Notes: generated from the letters alone by a model not told the origin. Positions 46,133 through 59,961 are shown, counted from the first letter of the whole stretch. The stretch: DNA of 63,340 nt, filler included, from Perkinsus chesapeaki ATCC PRA-425 (GCA_013115145.1; 15 parts of 15 records of this genome joined end to end with filler, not necessarily neighbours in it); one strand, 5' to 3'. Program-made: numbers and translations.

Positions 46133-47279
46133 GACTTCATGGCGAAGATCGTCGTCTGCTGCTTTCCATTTTTTGTGGATCCTTTTTTCGTGGCTTTGGA
46201 TCAGACAGGCTTCATCGCGAGTCTGCTTGGAGATATCCGCCATAAATCTGGGACCATTTGGGGTTTGAACTTGATATACTCGTAGCCAGGGGCCGTCGTA
46301 GATGATGTGGATGATTTCATATTGTAGAGGTGCATAGGTGGAGTCATCGGTTGACATAGAAGATGGGATATGTGTAGTAGTAGACTGAACGTGGCTCGTA
46401 GGAGTTGTAGTAGTCTGATCTGGGCCAGTGTTGATAGTGTCCTCATTATCTGTCGAGTTGGTTAGTATTTTATCATCAATGGGGTTGAAGTAGAAGTTGT
46501 TCGCCTTTTGAGTTTTGAGACCGATTATCACATCAACGGGAGGTGGTAGAAGGTCATCGGCGACGTAGAAGTTGGTAGTATGAGTAATAGAGTTGTCTTT
46601 GAAGGACCAAGTTAGGAGAGTAGTTTTAGTAAAATGTACCGTGGAGGCGTTCAGACATGTGACTGTAGCAGCTGGTGATAAATCTTCTAAGGTAGTCGTA
46701 GGTGGTAGACAGTTGGCGTTGATGATAGACTCGGCGCATACAGTGTCAAGAATAGCCGTTAGTACTTTATCTGGTGCGAGTTGTAATGTGATAAGTTTAG
46801 AGGGTAGATTTTGAAGATCAGAGATTGAAGCTAGACCATTGGTAGTAGTCGTGCTTGAGGTTGTTGTAGACGTCGAAGGTGTATTTGTAGTAGCTGTGGT
46901 AGTAGTATTGTGGGTAGTTGACGTAGTAGGTGGATCTTTTGGTTCGTGTCTCCGGAAGCATTTATCGCCAAAGAGGCATCGACCATTTTGGTAGTTGAAG
47001 CATATTTGTGATGTCTTGGGCTTGAGGGTGTCGGTAGTAGATTGTGTAGGAGAAGTACGAGGTTGTTGAGGAGTAAGTACTGCTTGGGATGTAGTGGGAT
47101 GTGTTTGTTCGTAAGAAATAGCCCAGTCAATAGTATCTGCCAGGGTGATCTTGCGGGAGTTGGGGTAGACTGTAGTGAAGGCAGCCTGAATGTCCTTGGT
47201 GAGGGCGTTGAGAAAGGCTCGCTTGAGGGTGCTCTCGTGCATAGGTTGGCACATACAAAGGGCGTCAAATTTGACAGCA
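46133..47279 (-). mobile_element. Retrotransposon gag-protease fragment with CCCH zinc finger
   Basis: Open across the whole contig. CFNYQNGRCLFGDKCFRRH (C-x7-C-x5-C-x3-H), then AILDTVCAESII protease-like motif and VDVIIG. Confidence 0.8.
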
Positions 47280-47379
47280 NNNNNNNNNNNNNNNNNNNNN
47301 NNNNNNNNNNNNNNNNNNNNNNNTTAATTAATTAANNNNNNNNNNNNNNNNNNNNNNNNNNNNNNNNNNNNNNNNNNNN

Positions 47380-48739
47380 CTCGGCGTTATTCTAGACAGC
47401 GCTTCGAGTTCCGATACCGAGAGCGTCACTGCCCTAATAGGCTCCGACCAGCCCAGAATTCGCTTAGAACCCTGGATCGCTAGGCGGACGAGCTCACGCT
47501 CCGGACAGGTTAGATCTTCAGAGGAGCTCCGGTTAACACATCTGAGCTTCCCCACGTAGTCCTCGATCGTCTCTGCCTTGACCCTACCCTCGCGAGTCAA
47601 GGCAGTAATGTAGAGAACCAGGCTGTTCCCGGACAGTGGCCAGGCTATAGTATTCATACGCCCCATGAGGTCACTGTACCGACGTACGATACTGTCGTAC
47701 TTCTTCGTCGTCGCAGCGGCCCTAGCGGCTTCAATTACCGTTCTAACAGAGTCAGCATCAACTGTCGGGATTCCTCTGTTCTTCGCGCCCTTTATCCTCA
47801 CTGTAGGCCGCAGAGAGTACGGATGGGGTACGGGCCGAGCTTGGGTGGTGCGAGTGGCCCCAGGAGTGGAGGCCGTAGCCCAAAGCCCCACTCTCCCTGT
47901 TGGAGACGATGTGTGCCCCGGTGGGTGAAACGCCAAACCATACACCTCTGGCAAGGAGATAGATAGGAGAGAAGATACCTCGTCTGCAAGGCGGTAGTCC
48001 ATTCAAGCAGATGCTGCTACTAGCTCGACACACCCCGGGAGCATCGACCCATAGTCACAAACACAACTCGTCAGCAAAACTTACTGAAACTCTTCGTTCA
48101 AAGCATGGGTTAACGCCGCCGAGGCATTGCCACTCCGAAACGTTAGATCATGACGACGACTCCTCCACTAGAAAAGGTCCCAGTCCACTGAGTTTAACCG
48201 CTGCTAGCAACTCGATGACTGGTCTAACATCGATGCGGACTCCCAGAGCCTTGGACGTACTGTACGTCACGTACAAGCCCGTGGCGCTCTTCCCCTCGAT
48301 AGGTCATCGCAGATTCGGTTACAGGACCCCGGCAAGTGGAAAGCCCTCAGCCTCCGATCCCCCGGCTTGACCGCGGCAAGACGAGCGAGGAGGCTTGCCA
48401 TTCGGTCAACAGAGCTGTAGCTCTTATTAACGGCGGAGACAGCGCTCTGGTTATCACATAATATAGTGCATGAGAGTCGACGGTCGTTCTTAGGAATAAC
48501 CAACAATCCTACTATCACTCCCAGTAGTTCAAGAGGACCAATATCGTCCGATGTATAGTACTCGCCTTGTCGAAATGGGTTTACGAGTTGCTTGACAGGC
48601 GAGGAAATAGAAGCGTCACCAAATGACACCGCGAACCAGAGACGACGGCATTCACCGCCAGGGATTAGGACCGAACAGGTCCCACCGAACCCTTCTAAGC
48701 TGGCATCCGATATACACACCACTTCACCACCTAGGGTAC
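47380..48739 (-). mobile_element. Tyrosine-recombinase (DIRS/Ngaro-like) retrotransposon fragment: RNase H plus YR N-terminus
   Basis: SDASLEGFGG...LELLG...CDNQSAV...NRICDDLSR (48267-48722). TTKKYDSIVRRY...WPL...LYITAL...TIEDYVGKLR...AIQGSKR (47380-~47760). Confidence 0.85.
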
Positions 48740-49437
48740 NNNNNNNNNNNNNNNNNNNNNNNNNNNNNNNNNNNNNNNNNNNNTTAATTAATTAANNNNN
48801 NNNNNNNNNNNNNNNNNNNNNNNNNNNNNNNNNNNNNNNCGGGCAGTGCAGCTGTTGGTGGTTGGCTTTGTGACGGTCACGACTATCGTTATGCTTTTGG
48901 TATAACAGCTGCAATCTATACTGTTGCACTATTGCTGAGGTTGCCTTTGTTTTTGCTTGTCAATGAGGATGGAGAACGTTCGAAGATTGACGACCAAAGT
49001 ATCCAAACTTCACTGCTTGAAAACGAGCAGCAGAATCGGGGCTCAGTCTAATACTGTTCGTGATCCGCCCCGCTATTCGGAGGTTTCCACTGCTGCGTCT
49101 CCCGGTTCATTTTGCAAAGTCTACGTTGAATACTTGAGGTCCCCCTTAACATTTATTTTTATTGCTGAGGAGCGTTTGTTCAAGTTGTGCTAATTCATAT
49201 GGGCTTATTTTGGTGGAAAAGTAGTGATAATCGCTAAGTCATTTGCCTAGGAGGAAAAATGCCGCTCGGTGTTTTTCCTTTTCCTTTATTAGCAATGCAT
49301 TCACTTGGTTCGGGTAGACGAAATCTGTTGGAAATGAATTGATTAAACTCCTGAAGCCCAGAGTTGCCTAGCCGGGGCAGCGACTTCGTTTTGTTCCGGC
49401 AAGTCCGTAGGATTCACAGTGTTTGGTGTTGACTGAC

Positions 49438-51274
49438 ATGCCGGATCTGAGTGGCTTATATCAGATCTTCGCTGCGCCTGAGAACGTTGTAGATGAGAAG
49501 GCAAGGATTTGTCGGCGCAACCAAATGCTTATGATGATTACTACGTTCATGTATGCACTTATTAGATCGGTTAAGAATTCTGGTATTTTCGACGCTTATG
49601 TTTACATCCTTGGAGGTGAGTTTTGGGGATCGTTCAGTTCCATCCTTAAAGTGTACCTGTCAGTAGGGCGTATGAGTAATGAGTGTCATGTTATGCTATC
49701 GCATTGTAAAACATCCGTTACTGGTTATAGCAACTGCTAGGTCACTCCGGCCTCTGTCCGGGGCACTTCGAGTACACTCACTGCGGGGAATCCTGACGCG
49801 GGATGGCGCCTTGAAGTTGTCTATCAATTCTGTATAATAATGGTGACCGTTGAACTGTCGGAATAGCTTATTGAACGTCCATACCACAGCCATCGGCAGG
49901 CTGCAACTTCCTGTGGTTGACTGTCATGCTAATGCGTTGACTTTAACACGATACCTGAGTTACTTTTCTCGAGTAACAACTATTGGCTAGTATGTGCATA
50001 TCAGTTTGGGCTCCAATCTATCACATTCCACAGGAAGTCGTTTCAAGGGGAAGTTCCTAAACGGAAGGCCCTACTTGACTCGGTCGGGTCCTTGTGTGTC
50101 CGAATTCTGTTTCTTGATCTACAACTTGATAGATGAAGTGGATTACTAACTGAAATTAAAACGATGTTTTCATTGTAACTTGAGCAGATTTGCAGAGGTT
50201 CACTCCCGAGAACCTTAGGACGTTTATCAACCAGTTATTAGTAGTGGCTATATTAAGCATTGTCACTAATTGTAACTAAAAATATAGTTTTCTGCAGTTT
50301 TGGTGTTCAGGTCAGAAGAATACAGAAGTTGGCGTGATCGCTTCAATATTTGGCATGTCATCATTGGTCCTCGCTTTGCCCGCCGGTTGGCTTATTGATC
50401 ACTACAGTCGAGCAAGGTTACTTGGGTTTGGGTCTGTCGTGTTGACGGCGGCCCTCTCATTATATTTGTAAGACTTTAGTCGTGTGAAGATATCTTGATT
50501 GCACATTCTGTAAATATCATACTAATCAGTCACCAGCGTGCTGGCTGTGTTCTCGACCTTGTCGCAATTCCGAGATTTCTCTGCGCGCATCCCCAACTTG
50601 AGACACCATCTAGATAGTTAACTGCGGGCGGCATAGCAGACGAAAGAGTCGGACGTGATCAGACTAGGGTCGTTCGACGAAGATTGTTTCTACTGTACGA
50701 GTCGTATACAACGCCTTTCGTTCCTTTATAATCTCATTAAAATAGCACCCTCAGTAATGCTCTGACCATCTAACTCGTCCAGGGTTGTCGCTATGGTCAA
50801 GCTCGGGGGCTTGCCCATCGTCCTAGAGTTCACTCAATCTCAGGTACGGCGTGTTAACGGACAATCTCCATGTGTTATATGCAGTTTTCTTCCTCTACGG
50901 TGCGCAATGGGTTGTGCAGTCATCTGCATCCTATTCCCTCTTTGCCGACTCTCTCCCTCATGGTCATCGAGCCGACGCTATGAGTACCGTGGCGATCTTG
51001 AGAAACGTAGCTGGTGGCACGGGTCCCTTTTTGGGAGTTATATTGGTGCATGTCCTCGGCAATGAGTGGAAGCTGTCGATCTTGCATGAAATATTACTGG
51101 TTGTTGCCCTGGTCGAGCTTCCAACAAATTGGATAAATACGTTGTGGCGAGACGTAGAGCACCATGAGCACGCGGATACAAACATGAGCGTTAAAGGCGG
51201 AGACTCGGGAGTGGGCGAGACCGTTGAAGTTAAGATTCTAACAGATGCCGAGAAAGTGGCACAGCTGCGTGCTG
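49438..51274 (+). CDS. Major facilitator superfamily transporter (3'-truncated by gap)
   Basis: Exons 49438-49615, 50311-50467 and 50844->51274 splice in frame. Motif-A-like AGWLIDHYSR; SLFADSLPHGHR...GPFLG. Confidence 0.85.
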
Positions 51275-53312
51275 NNNNNNNNNNNNNNNNNNNNNNNNNN
51301 NNNNNNNNNNNNNNNNNNTTAATTAATTAANNNNNNNNNNNNNNNNNNNNNNNNNNNNNNNNNNNNNNNNNNNNTGGTCGTGTGATAAGCTTGGAGGCTA
51401 TAAGGGAGGATCGCAATTGATATCATTAAAACTGTCCCTCTGTTTTGTAATTATTTCAACGGTAAGTTACCACCACCGAAAGCTCCAGGAGCTTAGCTTC
51501 TTCCTCAAGGGGTATTCGGTGCAATCAAAGTTGCAATCTAGATCGATTCTAGCACACTCCGCTGGAATGTGCTAGGATGATTCCAGTGGTGCTCAAATCG
51601 TTCAAGGAAAAGAATTAATCCACTGCATTCTTGTCGTGTCCCTGGCAACCATGGACACGAGCCTAACGAGCCCCCGCGCGGGCTAGGACGTGAACCTCGG
51701 ATACTCGCTGCCAGGCCTCGCTGGCTTCAGTGACCGTATCACGCCCTCAGGGAAGAACCAGCTTAGAACCGGGGAACAGTTAGCCGGAAGTCGCACCGAG
51801 CGGCTCCACGAACTAGCGGCGCAGTCTTGGTAATTCTGCGAAAAGTTCACCAACATTGAAGCACTCGAGGACAAGTTAGCTAGCACGAGACCGAGCTGAG
51901 GAGCCGAACGGAAGGGTATCTATCAATCTCCTCAATCCTTCTCTAGTAATTGCTTGCCGGTATTACTATGCCCGATCCAAGTATTGTTGGGAATATGGAA
52001 GCGGAGATAAGCCCACATGGAACAGTTTTCACATCCCAAAACCCTCTGCATGGACCAGCCGTATCCTCAGTGAGGATAGGGGCAGAGAGTTGCTCAAGCT
52101 CTGCTATAGAGGCAGAGGGCAGCCAAAGGTGGTTGAACCGAGATACAATCCAGTTACTGACGCCTATAATAGCTGTACAGCTTGACACACTGGCAAACGG
52201 AAGTTCCGTTACGGAAGTGCAGTTAATGCACTTCCGGTCCGTTTCGTCAAGGCGAAACGGTGCCGAAACCTTCGTCCTGGCCCTTGACGAAACGGATCTC
52301 ACTTACTTGCCGTGAGGGAGATCCATGGGTACAACACTGAGAGGCTTTAGTGAAAGCTGGGCGGTATACCAGCCTAATACGGGCCATATCCCGAGGCTCA
52401 CTACAAGGCGTTGAATCTAAGTATCTGAAGATGGGACGAAGTACTATGATTGTGAGATGCTGGAGAGATCATTAATAGCGCTGCACTATCACTTTGCTTG
52501 TGCAAGTATGTTGACGAAACGTCTGTCTTGCGTGCTTGTGTACGCGCCGCAGTCCTCGCCGCAGTCCTCGATTCGGAAAACATAGTGTTCTACTACATCA
52601 AATCCGATCTTGTATTAGTCAGTTACGATGCATACTCATCTGACCGTCGAACTATCACACAATGCCTCCACGTCGCAAGTTTAAACAAGCTGTGTAAGAA
52701 CCTGATGAGCATGTGTTATACGGAAGAGCTCTCCTCAATGCCATTGGGTCCATGGCCACAGCTGTCGCCGTCAGTCCATGACATCACCACTGCTTGTGGC
52801 CCTAATGAACAATCGGGGTGCAACGTGTCTGGCGTTATCAATTAGAATTATAGCTTCCCCGTAGCTATCCTATACCTGTTTATTGTCTCCATTATATTTC
52901 TCAATCTTGCTGCTAGCTGTACAGAACTAACCCACTTCAACTGATAGTCCCTGGAATCCAGGGCCTGGCTATCCTTATACGTTCTCTCAAGAGACGAGAC
53001 GATCGCAACACTGGTCTCTCTTGCCCCTCGTGTGCTGCTGTATGTGACGGATATTTGGAGTTCAGCTTAGATACTGAAGTATCTCCACCAGGGGGTCACC
53101 GAGGATCCTCACTTGCACGGTTGGCCTGGGGTCCTATTTTTTGGAATATTGTGCAATATTCCTTTGAATATGTTAACTTACATCAATAGACACTCTAACT
53201 GGACAATTACTGTAACACTTCGAGTTCCTAATAGCGCTGTTAGTGGGGGGCTAGTAGAACCCTGAGCTTTTAAGCTTCGGTAATTACTAGCGTTATGACC
53301 CCACTTTATCAG

Positions 53313-53812
53313 ATAATGGCGATTGCCTCATCTATGGTTAATGATATATATTCCTTTGTTGCTGCGCTTTGGGTATGCCTTTTTGCGGGTGGATCACTTA
53401 TGCCTATTTGTGTTGGAGTAAGCCTGAATCTCAGTTTCGTTATTTTATGAATATCTTTATAGGTTTTAATGACAACAGTACCAGCTTATATGCGATCATT
53501 CAGTTCGGCATTCTCTATGCTCATTTATAATATGTTTGGTTATTTTTTAGCACCATTCCTATCTGGTGTTGTTATGGATCGTTTTGGGTAAACATCCCAT
53601 CTTAATGTAGGATAATCGTCATTCCCCTCAGAAGTCCAGATAACGTTGAAGATTCCTCCCAAGCTTTAATATATGGTTGGCGTTTGGTTACATGGTGGTC
53701 TCTCTTTGGTGTTGGATTTTACATAATTGGTTTCCTATCTGCGGAGTATAAAGCGAAACATCGAAGGCCGCGAGTAGGCAGCCATAGGGGACATAATCGT
53801 CCAGGAAATGGG
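53313..53812 (+). CDS. Spinster-like MFS transporter, 3' exons
   Basis: AALWVCLFAGGSLMPICVG | VLMTTVPAYMRSFSSAFSMLIYNMFGYFLAPFLSGVVMDRFG | ...YGWRLVTWWSLFG, separated by ~45-nt GT-AG introns. 5' exons not resolved. Confidence 0.75.
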
Positions 53813-54231
53813 GTAAATAATTACCTCGAATTGTTCGAATATCTCCTCAACTACTAGGTAGCACAGCACGCTCCAGTGGCGCGGGAAGATAGTGTCGCAG
53901 AAAGCGCAGGTAAGTTAATTATTCACTAGGATGGCCTATTAATAGTTGCTCCCGCAAGTAATGTTATAAACGACTAATGTAAACTGAACTAGTTTTAGTT
54001 TCACTTTGGCGTTTTTTGTTTTCACGCCGAGCCGTTTCGTGCGATTTGTCTTTGTCCCCAAAGGTACCCCGGCATCTTATTACTCCGGATCTTCTCAATC
54101 TGAGGAGTTTACTCTTGCGGACGTCTCGTAANNNNNNNNNNNNNNNNNNNNNNNNNNNNNNNNNNNNNNNNNNNNTTAATTAATTAANNNNNNNNNNNNN
54201 NNNNNNNNNNNNNNNNNNNNNNNNNNNNNNN

Positions 54232-55349
54232 TGTCTTTAGCCACTGCAGCGGTCGGTGATCAGAGAAGACGGTGACCCTAAGCCGATAACCATAATGGAG
54301 ATGGCGAAATCGCTCCAGGCACTTGAGGATAGCATAAGCTTCTTTTTCATACACCGGCCAATTTAGCTGGGAACCAGTTAGCGTCTGACTATAGAAGGCC
54401 AAAGGTCGTCCATCTTGTTCTAGAACCCCGCCAATAGCATACTGAGATGCATCGCAGGCCATTTCAAAGGGGCGAGCGAAGTCTGGGTAGTCTAAGGTCG
54501 GAATGTCGGCCAAAGCCTTCTTAATATCTTCAAATGCTAACATGTGCTCCTCTGCCCAAAGATCGGCGACACTATCCTTATCTTTAGTGCAAGTAGTATG
54601 AAGTTGCTGTAAAGCCTTAGATCGGTCCGCGAAGTGGGGGATAAAATGTCGGTAGTAGCCTGCCAGTCCCAGAAAGCTACGAAGGTCGGTGGCCGTACGA
54701 GGGGTCGGCCACGAAACGATAACATCCACCTTGGACTTGTCTGGAGACATACCACTCGCGGAAAAACGATGACCAAGATAAGTTACAGAATCCATACCAA
54801 TGGAGCACTTATCTCCAGCTAAGGTCAGCCCAGCTTCTCGGAGAGCATTGAATACCAGTTCCAAATGTCGAATATGCTCTTCCATCGACCTCGAGAAAAC
54901 CAAGACGTCATCCAAGTAGATACGAACAAACTCGAACCTTCCAAGTACCAAGTCCATTAGCCTCTGGAAACTTGCAGGGGCATTACAAAGGCCGAAGGGC
55001 ATCCGAGTCCACTCAAAGAGTGGGAAACCGGGCCCTGGACAGAAGGCAGTACGGTGTCGGTCTGAAGGTCGAACTTTCATCTGCCAGTAACCGCTCCTAA
55101 GGTCGAGCGTGGAGAAAATCTTGGCGCCCAAGAGGTGTTCCTGAACGTCGTCGGGTCGAGGTAGAGGGTACGAATCGACCTTGGACACCTTGTTCAGGGA
55201 GCGATAATCAACGCACATGCGAACTTTGCCATTTTTCTTTGGCACAAAGACGCAAGGAAACTTGTAAGGAGAAGTCGAACGAACTATCATCCCGTCACGC
55301 TCGAGCTCCTCAAGTTGCGCCGATATCTCCGCTCGCCACTTGTGTGGCA
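54232..55349 (-). mobile_element. Ty3/Gypsy pol fragment (RT plus RNase H), open frame
   Basis: RMCVDYRSLN, LDLRSGYWQ, MPFGLCNAP, YLDD, CDASQYAIGGVL, EKEAYA and SDHRPL. Confidence 0.96.
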
Positions 55350-55449
55350 NNNNNNNNNNNNNNNNNNNNNNNNNNNNNNNNNNNNNNNNNNNNTTAATTA
55401 ATTAANNNNNNNNNNNNNNNNNNNNNNNNNNNNNNNNNNNNNNNNNNNN

Positions 55450-57134
55450 CCAATGTGGTTAATCTAGCTGAAACTTCTTCTCTGAGGTCGTCATCACTGT
55501 CGTCAGCGGCTTTCCCTCAAGCTGTCCAAGCCGCCTCGATAAGCTTTGCCTCATTGTAAGTTTGGATGGAGATGTCTGCTATGAATCTTGGGCCTTCAGG
55601 AGTTTGTAATTGATATACACGTATACGAGGACCATCATAGATAATGTGTAGAATAATCGAGGGTCATATAATTACCGTCATTTGTCGACGAGGTAGTAGT
55701 GGAGATTGTAGAGTACTGGTTGAAGAATAAGTAGAAGATGATATAGCATTAGAGAGGAATTTGTAGTAGAAGTTGTTGTCCTTCTGAGTCTTGAGGCCGA
55801 GGATCATGTTGATAGGGTTAGGTAGAGCTTCGTCGGCGATGAGGAAGTCGGTCTTGTGGATGATGGAGTAGTGTGATCAGCTCGGTGGCTAGATCCTGCG
55901 AGTTGGAAATGGCGGCAAGACCTTTAGTGGTTGGGGTAGTAGTGTTAGTAGTAGGTGTAGGAGTTGAGGTAGTCTGTGCGGGCGGTGTTCTTGTGAGTGG
56001 AGTGAACGGTGAAGCTGTAGTTGATAAATCTTGAGGTTCACGTGACCTGAAGCATTTGTCACCATAAAGACAACGTCCTAGTTTATTGTTTATGCACCCT
56101 GTAGATTTCTTGTCAAGACTAGAGGTTGTTAATGACGGTGTTGTAGTTGTAGCGGCAGTAGTAAGAGTAGTAGTAGTAGTAGTTTTAGACGAATGTGAGG
56201 GATGTGATTTCTCGTATGAAGTAACCCAGTCGATAGCATAGAGATATCTAGATATCTTAATAGTAAACCCAGATAGAGATATCTTGTTAGGGTTGAGGTA
56301 GACAGTTGAGAACGCTCGTTGGACGTAACCAGGTAGAGCTTGGACAAACGCTCGTTCGAGGGTGGTTTCATGAATGTCCTGGTTCATACAGGAAGCATCG
56401 AAGTTAATGGAGTTGATGATGGTTTGAGCATCTGCAGCACTAGCGTTGACGGGAATGGCGTCGAGGCGCTGGTAGAGGTTATCGAGGAAATCGGTGATTT
56501 GGAAAGTTGATATTAACCAGTTCTCGGCTGCCAGAAGGCGCTCAACATGAGGGGCTGAGGCAAGACGTTCTTGACCATTGTAGGCATTGTAGGCATTGAG
56601 GCGTTGAGGCGTTGAGATCGCACTATTGAGGCTCGGTGAGGGCCTTGAGGTTGATATACTTCCATAGGCCAGGTGCATCCAGATTAGCCATTCCAGCAAT
56701 ATCGGCAACACGGCGGATGAAGGCCGAGATAGGGCGTTGGTCAAGTCGTCCTTGCAAAGGTGTATTGTCGGGGGCGTTTAAAGTGGTAGGATTAGTGGCA
56801 GACAGAGGGTGACTTGGTTGACAATGTTGGGAGGAGGCTTCGACAAGTACTGACTTGTTGCTAGTAGTATTAGTAGACACAGTATCAGAGACCGGAGTAG
56901 AATGGGCTTCTTGTGAAAGTAGTTAGAGAGCGGTTGGAATAGTACACGGGGAGGGAGATCAAGAGGGTGACGATCGGCGTAGTTCGTGAGGTCGACGTCT
57001 CGTATAAATTGTAAGTCTGTGATGTGAGTTAAGTGGAGATAGTTGATAAGTTCCTCGAGGGTAGTTGGAGATGCTGATAGCTCAGAAGGGTCAACTGGGG
57101 TCTGGGCACCAATTGTTGCTGGTGGTTCACTCAT
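55450..57134 (-). pseudogene. Second CCCH-type gag-protease copy, decayed
   Basis: Homologous to 46133-47279 (HETTLERAF, AIDWVTSYE, CINNKLGRCLYGDKCFRSR). Frameshifts, and a deletion near 55855 removes the protease DT motif. Confidence 0.75.
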
Positions 57135-57642
57135 AGGGATGAACTCAAAGCAAGGGAGGATCAACAAAGGCTTATATTCGTTCTTCAGCTTTGGGGGGAG
57201 AATTAGCTACGTAATAATCGACTAACCGCGCAGAGTCGAGTGGCGGCGGTAACAGGTAATACACATCATGGTCGAAGGGACAGGATGTGGCGTGCGAAGG
57301 CTCACCGCCGTTCTCGCTCGCCAAGATATTTCGGCATTTTCTCAGCGCGCACAACCGGATTTCTCACCGTTCCACAGAATTTCTCACACGCGCCACCATT
57401 TTACTCGTCGTATTGATACCCGCCTTGAAAATTCCTTATATTGATGACCAAAGGACCCAAGACACAACGCTGAGTAGCGTGGATGATAGTTATAATAGTG
57501 TATATACGTAGCCACGCTCACCACTTGGGAGACAGCTAGCCTAGCTGACACGAAATCTTGGATTCTTGCAACTTCGCAACGTCGGCACTTTATGATCATA
57601 GTACGGAATTCTCCGCGGGGCAAATAGCAATTACAATTGCAG

Positions 57643-59961
57643 TTAGATATACGACACGAAATACCATTGATAATGAATAGCAAGCAATAAAATAGGATAC
57701 CGCATGTGCCGGCGACTTATTGCCTTGGAGGAGGGGAGAACTACCAAGGATGGCAGTTTGCCCAGAGACCACTCATAAGACTTCAACGACACCGACCGCG
57801 GTCCACCGCTCAGCTTCGATTGAGCACTGCCGTTAGCAATATGGTGAGATGACGGCGGCGAATTCAGGTCTTTGGCATTGTCAGTTACGGGAGGATCATC
57901 GGCTGTTGAGGACGTTGACGGAGACTCGGGGCTGGAGGCGAGCCCCGCCATATCATCTTTCGGAACTCTGATGAGGTTGGTGACCCAGGCACGACAGGTC
58001 GCACCATTGAAGCCGGGCACCACAGCGGTAGCTTTACCTGCTTCAATGTCACTGACTACGAATGGCCCTAACACACGGGAAGAAGGCTTGCTCTTCGGTG
58101 AGTCCACTAGATGATAAACCAAACCTCTTTGTTCAAGATCACAGGGCCTGCCATGGGCTGTAAGAACTCGTGCCCTAGACTTCTCACGATGCACGGTCCA
58201 GTGCTGTGAATAGTCTACCATTCGCAGTTTATGATGTTCTTGAGCAAGCTGTCGCTGCGCCTCAACCGCCTCGGTACTGTCGTTTGCTACCAACTTGTTG
58301 GTGAGGTTCTCGGGAGACACGTTCGACTTGTAGAATACAGCCGGATCATAAAACCCAAAGCATAGCACGGCTGGTGTTATCCAGCAATCTTCAGAATAAG
58401 GTAGGTGGTTTAAGTTTGATACCACATCAAATATTATTTCATACCACATTTTGCCATTGAAAAAGTTAGAATCGCAAGCACAGCTGCGTGGGCAGCTTGT
58501 TATCTCCCTGTGAGCCCTTTCCCAGCGCGACAATGCTGCCACGTAGGGTGGTGAGGAGAGGTGTACCATGCCATGAAGTTTGATCCATCGAAGCATATCT
58601 CGGGAGGTAAAGCAAGAGGCATTATCGCTGACTAAAATAGATGGCCAAACGCTGTTGTTGAAGAGGGTCGCGAGACCTTCACTTCTTGTAGTTATTGGTC
58701 CTCGCAGAAGGTGGACTCGATGGAAGGGTGTCGCCAAGCACGTTACTACCAAGCAACCAGAGTAGGTATCCTTTTCAGATGTAACCTTAGTTGTTTTATA
58801 GGTATCCTTGATGTGGGGGAGATATATGTCCATTCCAAGGACTTGTAGTGGGCTAATATCCTTGGCATTGTAGGTACCTGCTGAGCTGTTATATTGCCGC
58901 ACTGCATTAGCTCTGTCACATGGATGGCATAAGCGGACACAACGGCGGACTATTATTGGGAGGTTTTTAGAATGATATTTCTCCTTAACTTTTAACATCA
59001 GCTGTCGGGCTCCTAGATGATGATGATCAATGTGGATATGACCGACCAATTTGAGCAATAGTGCTTTATTCTCCCCGACGACACGTTGTAGTACAATACG
59101 GTAAAGCTGGCCATTCTTGTTGATCTCATACTGTGTGGATGCTCGACGGAGTCTCTCTTTGCTGAAGGGTGGAGACACGGATCCTGAAGACAAGTATGAG
59201 TAGATGGTCTTATCGTCTTTGATAGAATCTTTAATGAGAGTGTCAATATTTTCCTTCTCGTCATTAGACAAGGTCGGCACTTGCTCGCAGTGTTCTTCGG
59301 GTAAGGGCACTGGAAGAGATCCACCGCGGGGAGATAATGGGCGTAATTGGGGTGTCACAGGGATGTCATCAGATGATTGGCAAGGTGAAGAAGGCCTCGT
59401 TGTCGGTTTGTAAGTCGGTCTCTCATTGGGGCTGTCGAGAATTGACTGGAGTAGCTTGAAGCAGTCTTCTTCAGGACCATGTGGCTTGCACCGAAATCCT
59501 GAATCAGCAAGGTGGGAATGTGGGAACCTCCGTGGGAATGTGGATGACCTTCACAGGCACCGTAATGCGAAGAAGAAGCTCCCGTATATTGGTGAGGTTA
59601 TCGACATCATGAGTTGTCATGTGTCGCCTCTTCGCATGACACGTAACTTCCTCCTTCGACTTGTCGGCCATCCACTGTAACCGCTGTAAGTTTATGAGAA
59701 AATCTGTACAGATAGTAATGGAGGACTTCATGGACTGCAGCAAACCACACGACAGGTATATGCTGGACGCCTCCTTCGCAGCGTGATACAATGCGTACAG
59801 TTCTTTGCGTGGAGTTGTCAATTCGATAAGGGGATCAGAAGAAAGGTTCGGGAAGAGACCTCTCCTAGCTCTTAGCCTTGGCGAAAACGGTAGAGAGTTT
59901 ATTCTCGATCTCGACTCCGTGAACCAAGCCATGCCGGAGTCATCACATGATATAACGATCT
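57643..59961 (-). mobile_element. LTR-retrotransposon RNase H plus integrase fragment
   Basis: ESRSRINSLP...TTPRKELYAL...ICTD (59504-59932). HHHLG...CHPC, GMDIY, SDNASCF, WERAHR and GPF (57643-59358). Confidence 0.85.

Noticed and set aside
3627-57547. Other odd-length palindromes at 3627-3643, 3980-3994 and 57533-57547
   Set aside because: They lack an exact downstream or upstream duplicated 7-mer, so they were not counted as scars.
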